Assembly (NCBI GenBank): GCA_001938485.1
Contig: MQRK01226760.1
Coordinates: 9,576-63,778 of the forward strand
DNA length: 54,203 bases
Direction: 5' to 3'
DNA from: Girardia tigrina
Taxonomy: Eukaryota
The notes below the pieces were generated by a model. It had not been told where the DNA came from. It worked only from the letters and a program-made list of their open reading frames with translations, and did no database searches. Of the stretch, positions 38,161 through 50,957 are shown in pieces; the first letter of the stretch is position 1; every line of letters starts with the position of its first letter. Both the position numbers and the translations under genes were made by a program.

Positions 38161-40049
38161 AATTAATGACTTGGATTTTCATAATCTTTGTCACTCTGAT
38201 CGATTACTGACATGAAGAGAAATAACAGTCAGAAACAAACATTTTTCTTTTTTTCATTTGTGCAACGGTATTAACAAATCGAACTTGAAAAATAAAATCA
38301 CANNNNNNNNNNNNNNNNNNNNNNNNNNNNNNNNNNNNNNNNNNNNNNNNNNNNNNNNNNNNNNNNNNNNNNNNNNNNNNNNNNNNNNNNNNNNNNNNNN
38401 NNNNNNNNNNNNNNNNNNNNNNNNNNNNNNNNNNNNNNNNNNNNNNNNNNNNNNNNNNNNNNNNNNNNNNNNNNNNNNNNNNNNNNNNNNNNNNNNNNNN
38501 NNNNNNNNNNNNNNNNNNNNNNNNNNNNNNNNNNNNNNNNNNNNNNNNNNNNNNNNNNNNNNNNNNNNNNNNNNNNNNNNNNNNNNNNNNNNNNNNNNNN
38601 NNNNNNNNNNNNNNNNNNNNNNNNNNNNNNNNNNNNNNNNNNNNNNNNNNNNNNNNNNNNNNNNNNNNNNNNNNNNNNNNNNNNNNNNNNNNNNNNNNNN
38701 NNNNNNNNNNNNNNNNNNNNNNNNNNNNNNNNNNNNNNNNNNNNNNNNNNNNNNNNNNNNNNNNNNNNNNNNNNNNNNNNNNNNNNNNNNNNNNCTATTT
38801 TTATAATTATATTATAATAAATAATAAATTAAATGTTAAGTATTTTACATCTACTTGTTTATTAATACTAAATAACATTCTTCATTTTTTGAAAAAAGTT
38901 TACAAAATTTAATCATACAATTTGTCTTTTTTTAACATAAAAAATATGAACCAGTTTTGTCTTCTATCAAATAAAACATTTAAAATTAACAATTTAAAAA
39001 CTAAAAACAATTTGAAAATAACAATTACTAACTAAAATTTAATAACAATATATTATCATAAAATTTCTAAACTTCATGAATAATAAATAACCTATTTTAA
39101 TAAACAAAAAAAATTAATTAGAAATATTTATATTCATATTAAAATGATATTTTTTAATATATTTTGTGTTGCTTTAATGAAAAGAAATTTTATGATATTT
39201 GTTCAAGCGAGATAATGGAAATGAATTTTCTAATAAACTTTGTCTTGAAAATATGCAAATAAAGTAGATCAATATGTCTTAAATAATTTAATTTAAATAA
39301 AAAACAAAAAAAATATTTCTTAAAAGAAAACTTTTTAACAATTATCACTTAAAATAAAATTAACCTGAAATTAATATTATACATTTTACAAAAATCAAAA
39401 TTAAAATCTACAGAAAGAAATACTTTTTTTCAAAAAACTTAAAATACATTAATTATATTTGTTAATTTCGGATATATTTGACGAACCCGTATAGAAATCG
39501 GCCTCAAGATTAAGATTTAATTTCAAAATTTTATTTCAATACAAATTTCTGTTTTTTTTAACAAATTTCCGATGAACATTATTTTCTATTTACAAAAATT
39601 TTTAAATAAATTTAGTGTGATACAATTATTAATACGGTAAAATTTCAAAATCTCAAAATTTTAACTTTAAAATTTCTCACTTTTAAAGTTTTAAGAATTT
39701 TGAAAATTTTACATTTTATGTTTAAAAATTTTTCTGTCCTCAAAATCATAATATAAACTTATTTAAATCTGGAAATTGTTCGGGCGATTTAATGCACATT
39801 ATTCGAGTTATAAGATGATCATGCTGCCAAATTAATCTCCGACATTGGAGACGATATCATAACGTACATCGAATACAAATTCAATAATAAAATCAAGGCC
39901 TTCATTGTCATTAAAAAGATTCGATTATTAGCGGGTTTTGAAAAGCCAACATTTAGTAAAAATATTGTGCATCAAATGTACTATTGATGGACGAAAAGAA
40001 ACATTGGATTTCAGATTAGAAACAAATCTTTTCTTATTAAAGAAAATCT

Positions 40050-40698
40050 TCTATCATTTTTATATAATTATATATATAGTTCAGAGAGAGCAAAAGAGTT
40101 CAAACGATTTTTAGAACATCGAACACCTGTTGGCTTAAAATTGAGAATAATCTTTTTAACTAATAAATGCTGGAACTATTTTTCCAACAAATCAAAAACT
40201 CCTTTGTGTATTAAGGCAAATCTAGTTTATCAATACAAATGTCACAAGTGCGAAGCCTTGTACATTGGAGAGACAATTCGTCATCTCCGCACTAGAATTG
40301 CTGAACATACTCAATCGAGTAGAAATAGTTCGATATTGAGCCATATTAAAAGATGTAAAGGTAATCTTATGAATTACAATAAAGATTTTAAAGTGATTTT
40401 AAATAATTTTGACATAAATTATGAAAGGATTATTGCCGAAGCATTGTTAATAAAGCATCATAAACCATGCTTAAACGTGTAAGGTGATTCATCTAATCAT
40501 ATTAAAGTTTTTTAAAATATCATTAAAATACCTTTTTTTTAAAGAAAAAAAGCATGTTTTTGAGACGTATGATATAATAGTTTTTCAACTATATAAATAG
40601 CAATTAATCACTTTATTTCATTGCTCTAAAGATGCTGAAATGGTGAAACACGTATGTATTGTGAATAAATTTAATATTCGAAAATGGCCTTTCTTTTC

Positions 40699-40700
<2 letters not shown>
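40050..40700 (+). mobile_element. Penelope-like element 3' end (GIY-YIG domain, degenerate hammerhead, AATAAA) ending at (TA)n
   Basis: NLVYQYKCHKCEALYIGETIRHLRTRIAEH...EALLIKHHKPCLNV; CTAAAGATGCTGAAATGGTGAAACACG at 40625-40651. Confidence 0.9.

Positions 40701-40743
<43 letters not shown>
40701..40743. repeat. (TA)n microsatellite
   Basis: About 21 TA units. Confidence 0.95.
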
Positions 40744-40746
<3 letters not shown>

Positions 40747-40928
40747 TGTGTGGGTGTGTTAAATAGGGAGTGTTGTCAATAGTCTTTCTAAAACACTACC
40801 GACAATACACACTATTTTCACCGAACAACATTTATTCCTTAACAAAAAATATGATAATACAGGTTAATTTAAATAGAATACACCAAAATAACCATCTATT
40901 TATTCATTTCTGAATTAGTGATCATTTG

Positions 40929-41250
40929 ATACAGGAATATTCTTTATTAAACTAGGCGACAATTTTAATTTATCTTTATTCGAGAATTACTTAATTATTT
41001 ATCCTCAAAATTGCGACTCTTCAGCAGAAGGCGTTTTATGTGTTTTAGTTTTGGAAAACATGTGTAATTATCCCTGTGTAATATGCTTTTTGAACAGAAT
41101 TTGGTATTGATACATCCCATCATGTAAGCATACGACGGTTGCTTAACCATATAAAAGAGACAAGATGTTAAGGAAAAGTCCTAAAAGAGCTCGTGTTTCA
41201 GAAAAGCAAGTTGAGAAAATTCATGAAACGTTCGAAAGAAGCAAGTCGTG
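40929..41250 (+). mobile_element. Tc1/mariner-like 5' end (DUF4817-type HTH)
   Basis: TACAGG start; ATLQQKAFYVF*F...EFGIDTSHHVSIRR...KSPKRARVSEKQVEKIHETFERS. Confidence 0.7.
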
Positions 41251-41674
41251 AGGCTCCGATTCTTCAAAGCACTTTAATATCAATATCACGAAAGATTGAA
41301 TAATAGCTACAATCAACATCCTGGATGAGGAGATCCTAAAGTGAGTTTGGTAGGGAAATTTCAAATTAACTTAATGCTGTCTGTTCCACTTGGTAGTAAT
41401 ACGAAGGAAATTATATAATTTATGAATTTATTATTATATGTGCTAATTATTATTATCTATTTTTTTATGTTTTAACTTTGCTTATATAAAATGACTTTAC
41501 CATTTTCCTATGTAAGTCGATTAAATCTCGTCATAAAATTATAATCCGAAAAGCAGAGGGTGAGTAGATCGAAAATAAATACCAATATGAATAACCATTA
41601 ATACATAATGTTAAGTAATATTTTTTCCCGTTATTATCTTTTTATTAAAATAAAAAATTTTAATGTTAATATAA

Positions 41675-44515
41675 TGGATTACGGGAAACCGAAGTGGGGC
41701 CCGTAATCAATTGCTTGCTGAGAAGCGAAAAACCGACTGAGGCTCCGGAAAAGTTCTAAAACTATTGGACCTGAGGGTTACTCATTTAGCCATCGGGAAG
41801 GGGAAAGCATAATATAAAAATTTTTTGTGCGTGACGTCACATTATTCAAACGTAGAGATATGATGATGGAATTATTTTTACGTCATTGCACATAGAATTT
41901 AATACTCGCTTCTATGCAATGTGCCCTGATAACTAGAGTCATATTCACTAGGGTAAATGAATAGATCAAACTTACTTGGCTAGCAATTCAGTTTGTAAGT
42001 AATATAAAGCGCTTCAGAAACCCAAACGAGGATTCTAGTAGGACTTAAAGTCAATAAACTTCTCTCAGATTCCGTAGATGTTTGGAGTGATCTGAGAAGG
42101 TGGAAAGTAGGGAAATTGAATTTCTGTATATTAAATGAAGAAAAGTTAATAACGATAACAAAAGCTTTGGAAACAGTATTTTAACCAAGACTCACTGATG
42201 AGGAACAGAAAATACTGAATTCAAACAATGGAAAATTCTCAACAATAACAATTTAATTTAAGTTTGGAGAGAAAGGGGCATAGTTCGGAGGATAAAAGAG
42301 AGACCCAAAGAAAATGGATTTTATTTCACTAATTGAGGGGCTTTATGTGTGTCAGACAGTCAGTCGTATTTATCAGAGTGTATACTCCAATTGACTGTGG
42401 ATATACACAAGAGGAAAAAGTTTATTTTTATCAAACTTAGCAGGAAACGGTCGACAAGGAAAGACAATATAAACAAAATAGAACTGTTTGGTTAACTTAA
42501 ACTTGTGGATCAAGAAGAAGGAACAGTATCAAAACATAATTTTTGCACCAAGCGAGTGGTTCCAAAATATCGGAAACCGAGAATTGGGATACCCACCAAA
42601 TCCAATGGATAAATCCTTGAAATCTATAAATGGTTGGAAATAAAATTTATTTTTTTCTTGGAAGAATGCTTCAAAAATATTTTGAATAGATAGGAAGATT
42701 TTCCAAAAATTTGGAGAGAAGCCAAGTAAGTGGTAATCTTCAAATCGAAGGACTCCCAAAAAGACCCCAATTATTACCGAGGTATATTTCTTTTAGATGT
42801 ATAAATAATCACGCTATTAGAATCAATCTTGCACACAGAACAGTTCAAAATCGGGCCAAAAAGTGGAACTTCCCTGTAGGAAATAAGCGTTTGAAAATGT
42901 CCCTAAAGAATCTCTTCAGAGTTGATTAAAAAAACTAAGGATAAAGGGTGAATACTCCGGTTCATCAAAGCCTTCTATGAAGGATTCGACGGTTCCATTA
43001 TAAATGAAACATTCAAACTAGACAAATAACTTCTTTAAGGTTGTGTTTTACGCCCACTGCTTTGCAGTATTGTCTTTCATACAGTATTAAAAATAGTAGT
43101 ATCCAATTGTCTCTGTGGAGAGATAAAGTTGATGACAGAACGTTGAGACTTCCTCAAGATAAACCGACTAGTCTCTACTGTTGATCTATGTCTTATAGAC
43201 ATTGACTGAAACAATCTGGTCAATAATCAAAAAAATATGAAACAAAGTATTCATTTATTCAGAGCTCAAAATAATCATAAGACGAAAGTTTTGAACTTAA
43301 ACAAAGATTTCATGGTCTACACTGTTCGGTATCAGCTTGAGGATGGTCTTGAATGGGTCTCTGAATTTAGTTAGAAAAGATCTAAGATCTTTTCAACTGC
43401 AGCACTGATAAAGAAGTAAAAATAAGAGTAAAGAAAGAAAACCAGAAGATTTTAAGAATTCAAAGAGCTTCAATGTAATTTCACGAAATACAAAAAGTAT
43501 GGTTAATTCTTGCCTATTACGGTTGCGAGAGCTGTAGAACTACAGACAAGAACTTCAAAATATTTATTATAAAGGTGAATAAAATTGAAAAGATCAATAT
43601 GGAAACACTGGAAATTAGACTTTTACACCTAATAGATATCATCGCAAGCAGACAATTTACCCTTAATTTTAAGACTAAAGAGACAGAGAAGTTTGAGTAC
43701 ATCAAACTAATCTGGATAGCCGAAGTGTCAATTTGGAACATGATTAGCAGGAGAATGAAGAATTTTATCTCAGAATGCCCGTGAGTAGAAATAGAGTGAG
43801 TCGTTGTGGATGAAGCTATAAATGAAGACTTCATAGATCATATTATTCACAGAGAAATTATTCACTGTATCTAACAAAGCATATTTTAATTCCTTAATAA
43901 AATCAGGAAAAAATTACAGAACAAAACAGGTTTGCCAAAACTGATCCATATGTGGGTGAAACCTTTCCATTTCTACAACAACGATGTTACAAGTGATTTT
44001 ACAAACAAAAGTAACTGAATAGGCACAACATAAATGATCATACAGTGTCAATTTCCGCCACACAAGATATGTCAAAGCCCGATAGCGAAAGCAAAGGCTT
44101 TCAATGTACATTATACAGGGAATCGTATTAGACGAATGTATGACACTTAATACTCTCCAATCGTGATCATCGAGTTGATTCAGTAGAAGAAATTGGAGAG
44201 CCAACAGTATCATCAGTACAACTAATTGAAAGTAGCAACATCACTGTAAGCATCATACTCATTCCCAATGTTTCAGAGCACCAACAACAACCAGCAACAG
44301 ATACTCAAACTGTATTTGGTCTACATTTTATCAAGAGACATGCACAACAACATCAATGCACATCTGCTCGTTTCTAACTGGGAAACAGAAATGATCTCGT
44401 AGACTGAAGTATTCCATATGAAGCATATCAGGGGCTGCTAAACACATTCTAGTTTTAGTGGACACTTTAAAAAGCTTTAGAGGTTCAATATCATTTAAAG
44501 AGATGGAGAGACCAA
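41675..44515 (+). mobile_element. decayed RTE-like LINE (RT and C-terminal extension)
   Basis: NYYRGIFLL, RFIKAFYEG, GCVLRPLL, HKTKVL, LEWVSEF, NSCL(L)YGCES and KLIWI motifs. C-terminus and 3' UTR are homologous to 29670-30485. Confidence 0.8.
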
Positions 44516-44664
44516 TTTACGTCATTTCTTTAATATCTTTTTTATTTCATACTATAATTTAAGTTCTTGTAAATATTTCTTATCTGGTGAACTGTCTTAT
44601 TTTCTGTGTCAAACAAAAATCATTTTTGCCTTTTTTCTTTTTGTTTTAAACGTAAAAATATTTC

Positions 44665-44999
44665 TGTGAGGAATGTTTTGAATTGTGTGTTGATATTGTG
44701 CATGTTGTATGTTGATTCGGATTGTGCCTCTCCTACACAGATGGATTATTGATATTTTCTTTGATTTAATGTAATTTAAAATTTTAATATATTAATTTAA
44801 TATGTTCTTTTTTTTTAAATGTTTAGATTTAATTTCAACCAATTAAATTCTTTATAATTAATATTTTTTTATTAACAGATTTTCATTTATTGAAAATAAT
44901 TAGTTTGAACTCAGAAATAAATTGATCAAGAGAGATGTCAAATAGTGAATGCGTTTGTGGTATTAATATATGTTGTAAACCTTATATTGATGTATAATA
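44665..44999 (+). mobile_element. solo-LTR-like element, TGTGAGGAA family (335 bp)
   Basis: TGTGAGGAA...GTATAATA with a perfect ATTTC TSD. Confidence 0.8.
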
Positions 45000-45699
45000 A
45001 TTTCTAAACTGGTACAGCTAAAAAATTATATATTTATAACTAAAACTATCACATACAAAATTAGTCTCACTAAAAATAGTTTGTAATCTATTTAAAAAAA
45101 TAATATTTCTAAATATTATATTAAAAAAACCTTAAGAAAGACATACAAAAAATTATTTCAATGTTTATTGATTTTTTAAATTGTAATTGTAATAATTACA
45201 CGAGTATTTTATTCTCATCTCATGTTCTATATTTTTCTTCGTCGTTGCCATCTTCTCAGATCTTTATGTTTTCTGACATTCTATGATTCTGACAAAGTTA
45301 AAACATTCTTTCATTTCAAATAAATCACGTATATTTATAAAAGCGATCTGACGGAAATAAAGCTCAATTATAACGAATGTTATTGTATAACATCTAACAA
45401 AAGTGTTTATTTTCCCTTTCAAAGACTGAAAAGACTCAATTAGATAATAAGTGAAAATATATAAATATCTTCAAGCATCTCTTTCATTTTCATTTCTGTC
45501 TGTCGAATAACAATGATTAAGATATGAAAGGGAAAACATTTTGAAGGTGTATTGCCTGTATATATAATAATATTTATCTTTTTTTTGTTTCTTACTGAGT
45601 AATTAAAACACTTCTCCGAAAGAAATGAATTGAAATTTTATTCCTGTTAAAAGCTATAACAATAATAAAACCAAATTTTCTTTTATCTATTACGATACA

Positions 45700-46060
45700 A
45701 GGGTGGAACATGATACGCCGGTGTCTATCGGTTTAACTAATGAAGATTGTCCAAGAGTAATCTTTGGTGGGGTGCTGAGTTTTCAGCTGGATAATATAAC
45801 GGGTGGGGGAGTGCTTCACTGCCCGTTTCCCTGTCTCACTAAGTGCGTTCATACAGTCAAAAGTCTTCAGAATTACAGAACGAAGGAACATAATTGGTCG
45901 TTTCTCAGTGGGAAGATAAAGAGTGCTCATGCATTGAAAGCTCACACTCTTCATCTGAAGCCGTGTGAGAGGATCAGAAAACTTTGTATTTGTGAAATGG
46001 TTTCTACCCGATAAAGAGTTTATGATTTACTACCCTGTGTGCCATTCGGCGGAGGCTTAT
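45700..46060 (+). mobile_element. N-terminal zinc-finger fragment of an R2/NeSL-type retroelement
   Basis: GVLHCPFPCLTKCVHTVKSLQNYRTKEH...AHALKAH in a GC-richer island. Confidence 0.5.
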
Positions 46061-47623
46061 ATAAGCATTTAAATAACTGAAAAATAAAAATTTATAGATA
46101 ATAAATATTAGACGAAAAATATTTTTATAATATTGTTAGTTAAGATGGATTCTAATATAATGGTAGAATAATAAAATAATCATAACATATTTTCTTTAAT
46201 TGTTTCTGTTATATTATTAATAATTAATAAAGTATTCAAATAAATGAAAGACGTTGTTTTACAATGCTTTTATTTTGCCTTTTTTGGATTTTATTGATTT
46301 AAATAACACATTTTAATTAATTTTTAATAAGATTGATTTAATTATTAGTTTCAAGTTAATTAAATAAAAAGAAAAATGTATATTATATATTTAAAAAATA
46401 TGAAGAGTATTTTTTAACTTTGAAACGATTATTTTATTAATCTTAAATTACGTTTTTTCTATTCATTTAAAATAAAAATATTCACAATAAAAATATTTTT
46501 CTTTTTTCTATTTGAGAAGAAAAAGTTTAAAATATTTGTGACACAATTTGTAATTAAAAACAATTATTAAAAATTGTTCCAAGAACTATTTTTATACTTT
46601 TATTTTTTATAAAAATAAATTCTTTAATTAAATTAAATTAATTATCGTATTAATTAAGTTTTTTTGAACCTAAAATTTATTTAAATATAAAATTTAATAG
46701 AATATAATGAAATTCATCATTTAAACAAAAAAAGTAAGAACTGATAATAATTTTCAGATGATTTAAAAATCCGGTAAATATTCTCTCTTTAATATTCATC
46801 ATTATCATATCTGCCAACATTTGCTGCAATAATTGTCTTTTTGTTTTAATTTATTCCCGTGATTTTATATCATAAACTTTTGTTGGATTAACTGTTCATT
46901 AATTAGACGTTTTAATCTCTTTTGTGATTTTTACGATAGTTTTAAAAAAAATAAATGATTTCTCATTTTTTCTTTTTAATAAAATTAATTAGCAAAACAA
47001 AATTTTACATTTTCTATTTTTAAAATAATTTTAATTGAAAATAGAATCAAATGAACGATTTATTTTGTAAAATGGCTTCTGTATTTTGTTACAACTGTAA
47101 ATTAACTTGAATAAACAATAATGATAATTAATCATTTTAAAGAAATAAAAGATATTAAATGAGAAATCTTCTAAATGCCATGCAAAATTTAAGTAAGGTG
47201 TTATATATATATATATATATTCTTACGATTTCCTAAAATTAATGTGTAATCTTAAGTTTCAAAAATAAATTCATTAAACCATATTAATAATAGTAATAAT
47301 TATTAATATTATTATGTTAATTCGTTTAAGAAATATAGAAAGAGAAGAAGCTGATTTAAGTCCAAACAGTTAATACAAAATTTCAGGGAAAATGGAATCA
47401 ATTTGGTGTAAATATTGTTTGTAAGTGTATTTTGTAAAACAGCTAACTGAAACAGATGTTTCAAGGAGCTCTTTTAGCGAAATATATAAATTAATAAAAA
47501 TATTAAAAAAAATAAATTTTAATTTAACTACACTTTATAACAATATAAAAAATTAACAGTAAGAAAATTGATATAAAATCCGAACAATTCGAATAGTTAT
47601 TCAAAATACAATTGTGCTGATCG

Positions 47624-47872
47624 TCAACGAGATTGGCAGAAGACGTGGCGGTGGCGGTCAGATATTCGTGGAATTGTTGAACGAGCTCGAGGGAGATTCG
47701 ATGTTGGGTTTTGTGGAATTACTGTTGTTGATATTGAGAAACGGAAAGATGGCGATGAGTAAGGAGGAGATTCGATGAATTGAGATTGGGATTGTGAAAT
47801 TATATTATAAACGGGTATAAGGAAATAAAGCGATAAAGTCCATAATGATAATTTTCGAATAAACCACGTCAA
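47624..47872 (-). CDS. candidate host exon (hydrophobic stretch + Ser/Pro/Thr-rich tail)
   Basis: GC-richer island with an 82-codon open frame and no TE motif recognised; no ATG or clear splice acceptor. Confidence 0.25.
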   Translation of the reverse strand: MTWFIRKLSLWTLSLYFLIPVYNIISQSQSQFIESPPYSSPSFRFSISTTVIPQNPTSNLPRARSTIPRISDRHRHVFCQSR

Positions 47873-48484
47873 TCATTTATTCAAATCATCATCATTGTAT
47901 TATCAAATTCCCTCTAATGTCAACAGAACAATCGTGTTGAGTTAGGTATTTTATAAATCAATAACATTATAATTTATACTGAAACTTGAATCGATTATAA
48001 TTAATAATAATATATATATATATATATATTGTAGTGCCCTACTTATTTTGTAAATGCAAAAAAAGTTAATATAATTTAATCTCTCCTTTACTTTATTTCT
48101 GCCCTTTATTTCTTTTGTGCATAATTTCTTTGTGGTGTATTTTTTTGGTGTGATATATGTTTTGGCACATTGTTATTTTTTTGGTATGACTTTGGTTTGT
48201 CTTACATAATTTTTTTATGTAAACATTTTTTGTATGTGTTTCACAATATTTTTTTGTAATTTATTATTATTTATTTTTTTTATTCTTGCGACTAAATCAA
48301 CATTATATATAATATATGTAATATATTATAATAAATATCATATTGACCATTAAAAAAGATCAATAAAAAATTGAACAAAGAAAAAAAAGAATTCCTGATT
48401 AGATATCGTCCACAAAATTAATCTTCAGACTACAATCATTAAAAATCTCAGTTTTGACGTTCTTTCTATTCTTCCAAGTCATCT

Positions 48485-48805
48485 ACCGGGACTCCAGACT
48501 TTTAAAAAATATCGAGATCGAATACAACAAATAAAACAGTCGAGAAATAGACCGCACGACAATCGACCGGATATTATTATATCTACAGATCAATTTTCAT
48601 GTCGACCATAAAACTGTTCAATCGTTGGTCTATCAATAACGTTTATTTATACGGATCAATCGTTTGTCTATCAAAAACTTTTATTTATACAGGTTAATTG
48701 TTATCACTAGTCTCCCAATAAAGTTTCGTTAAAAGTTGATTAAATTTTGTTCTTTTATTTTAACTTATACTAAATTAATCTAATTTTGTGTTAGGTTAGT
48801 TTAGT
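48485..48805. repeat. non-autonomous DNA-transposon-like segment with a ~38-bp tandem duplication
   Basis: CAATCGTT(G/T)GTCTATCAA...TTTATTTATAC occurs twice (48619-48692); TCGACC/TAGACC motifs; TTAGGTTAG end. Confidence 0.45.
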
Positions 48806-48858
48806 ATACATATTTTTCCAGCTTATTCAATAGTCCTGTTAACTAGAAGAATAAGTTG

Positions 48859-48859
<1 letters not shown>

Positions 48860-48894
<35 letters not shown>

Positions 48895-49006
48895 NNNNNN
48901 NNNNNNNNNNNNNNNNNNNNNNNNNNNNNNNNNNNNNNNNNNNNNNNNNNNNNNNNNNNNNNNNNNNNNNNNNNNNNNNNNNNNNNNNNNNNNNNNNNNN
49001 NNNNNN

Positions 49007-49038
<32 letters not shown>
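48860..49038. repeat. (TA)n microsatellite spanning an assembly gap
   Basis: TA runs on both sides of the Ns. Confidence 0.9.
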
Positions 49039-49041
<3 letters not shown>

Positions 49042-50376
49042 TTATATATTTATATATAAATTTATTAGTGACTAGGCATACCACTGCATATATAAAGGAA
49101 TGTATTATTACCTGAAATTTTATTAGAAGATTAATTTATTTTAATATAAATTAAAAATAATTGATGGATAATTTGAATAATACTTTCAATAAAAAAATAA
49201 ATAAAAATTATCGAAGTGGACTATTACAAAATGATTTGCCCTATTTTTTACTTATTTTTAACAGATTTTTACAAATAAATGATATTGAAGAAAACTAGGA
49301 TTTGATTTCAAAGAAAATAGCTTCAAACAAAAGGTTTTGTTGGTCATTATCTGTTTTATTATTATATTTTAGCTAACATGACTTATAATTATTTACCATG
49401 GTAAGGAGCACAATTAACTATGTTTCAAAAAGGATATAAAACGGTTCATAAAAAAATTAATGATTTTAATATTGGAAAATAATTTATTGTAACTAATTTT
49501 TAAAAAAGATATAAAAATTATTAGTTACGAGTTTGTTTTTTATTCAAATTTAAATAATTCTTAAATTTACTGACGGTTTGTGAACCATTGACTTAAATTG
49601 CGTGAAGACTTTATATTAACAATAAAATAAATTTTAAATATTCATAAATTTTGAAATGCTTTTTTTTCAAATTTCTATTTTTATTTGTCAATTATTGCTT
49701 TCCTATAAAATATTTATTTTATTTACAACTTATCTTCAATTTAATTTTATAAACATCATTGTTCTTTGAATGTCTACATGAAACAATTTTAAATCGTTTT
49801 TTAATTGAAAAGGAATTCAATTCAAAGGAAAATATGTTGATGTTAATGAATGTAAAAAAAATTATTTATTTAGGAACTAAATTTTACTTTTATACAATAT
49901 TATAAATTTAAATAGATGATACGTAAGATTATATATTATTTAAAAGTATTTCAAAAAAATTATATTCAGTCATCCATTCACATTATTTTGTGATTTCTAA
50001 TTCGAAAGTCGTAGTTCAAATATTCGTGTTTGTGGAACAAAATGTACACAGTAACATAGAGCGTAACATTAGAGTAACGTAGGATAAATTATAAATAAAG
50101 TACAGTTTTATTTAGGATTTAAAGAAAAAAAACATTAAAGAGTAAAAAGAGATCATTTAAATACAAATATTAAAGGGTTAAAAGCTGGGTTCAAATTCGA
50201 TATCCATTTCATTCACTTCTAACTCTTTTACTTTTTGCTTTTTGTTTTGTCCGTTATATTTTTTAGTTTTGTTTTTTTTGTGATTTACATTTAATAATTA
50301 TTAAACAATATATTATGTAAATAAATTTGAAAAAAATGGCAATTCATTTTAACCGAAATTCAAAAGCCAGTTAAAA

Positions 50377-50419
50377 TTGTTTATTAATTTCCACGGATTA
50401 ACCGTCATCATCAGAACAA
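50377..50419 (-). ncRNA. minimal type I hammerhead ribozyme
   Basis: TTGTT-CTGATGA-T-GACGG-TTAAT-CCGTG-GAAA-TTAA-TA-AACAA: stem I, intact core, stem II and palindromic loop III. Confidence 0.75.
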
Positions 50420-50920
50420 CTAGTTTTTTTTTAAAAGAAATGTACTTACATACTGCCGGTAATGATTATGTAATCAATAGGTCATCAATAAATCACTTAA
50501 AACCCCTCAATAAAGTTATCGGGAGTGCATTTTGAACGTTAATTTTAGGATCCAAATATCTTATATTTAGCGCTTCACATGTCACTCTCCCAATAATTTT
50601 TAAATTGAGTTCACAGAATTTTAAAGTTATGGATTTTTATCTCCCCTTTGCAATGTTTACTATGTCCAGCAATATTGCTTCCCCTTTCCAAACGACTGTG
50701 TTCCTGGATTATCTTACAGAGATGATGCGAAGTCTCTCCAATGTATGTGACATGACACCCATTACATGTATATTGGTAAATGAGATCCGAACACAATCAT
50801 AAGGGCATTGAAGATTTATTACTAAACATACCTTCAATTTTTGGATATGGGCGATTATTTTAAAATTTATTGTATTATTTATTGCTTTTAAAATATAATT
50901 TTGATTTTTTAAATAGAATT

Positions 50921-50957
50921 TTGACAATGACGGTTAAACCGTCGAAATTAATAAACA
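50921..50957 (+). ncRNA. inverted hammerhead copy with damaged core
   Basis: TTGACAA-T-GACGG-TTAAA-CCGTC-GAAA-TTAA-TA-AACA. Confidence 0.6.

Noticed and set aside
38258-38806. Long ORFs in the track that cross N runs (also 16547, 18841, 18915, 20507, 48839, 48856)
   Set aside because: Artefacts of gaps and (TA)n.
40480-40482. TAA/TAG at expected Gln positions (LNV*G here, LL*EK in the mariner, QQQ* near 47720) hinting at a reassigned genetic code
   Set aside because: Sister PLE copies have CAA at the same site and end at TAG/TGA. Stops also replace Trp and Arg codons. This fits ordinary C>T/G>A decay.
42194-42215. Further CTGA(T/A)GA boxes (42195, 36551, 37624, 25104) as hammerheads
   Set aside because: No stem II followed by GAAA and no stem I.
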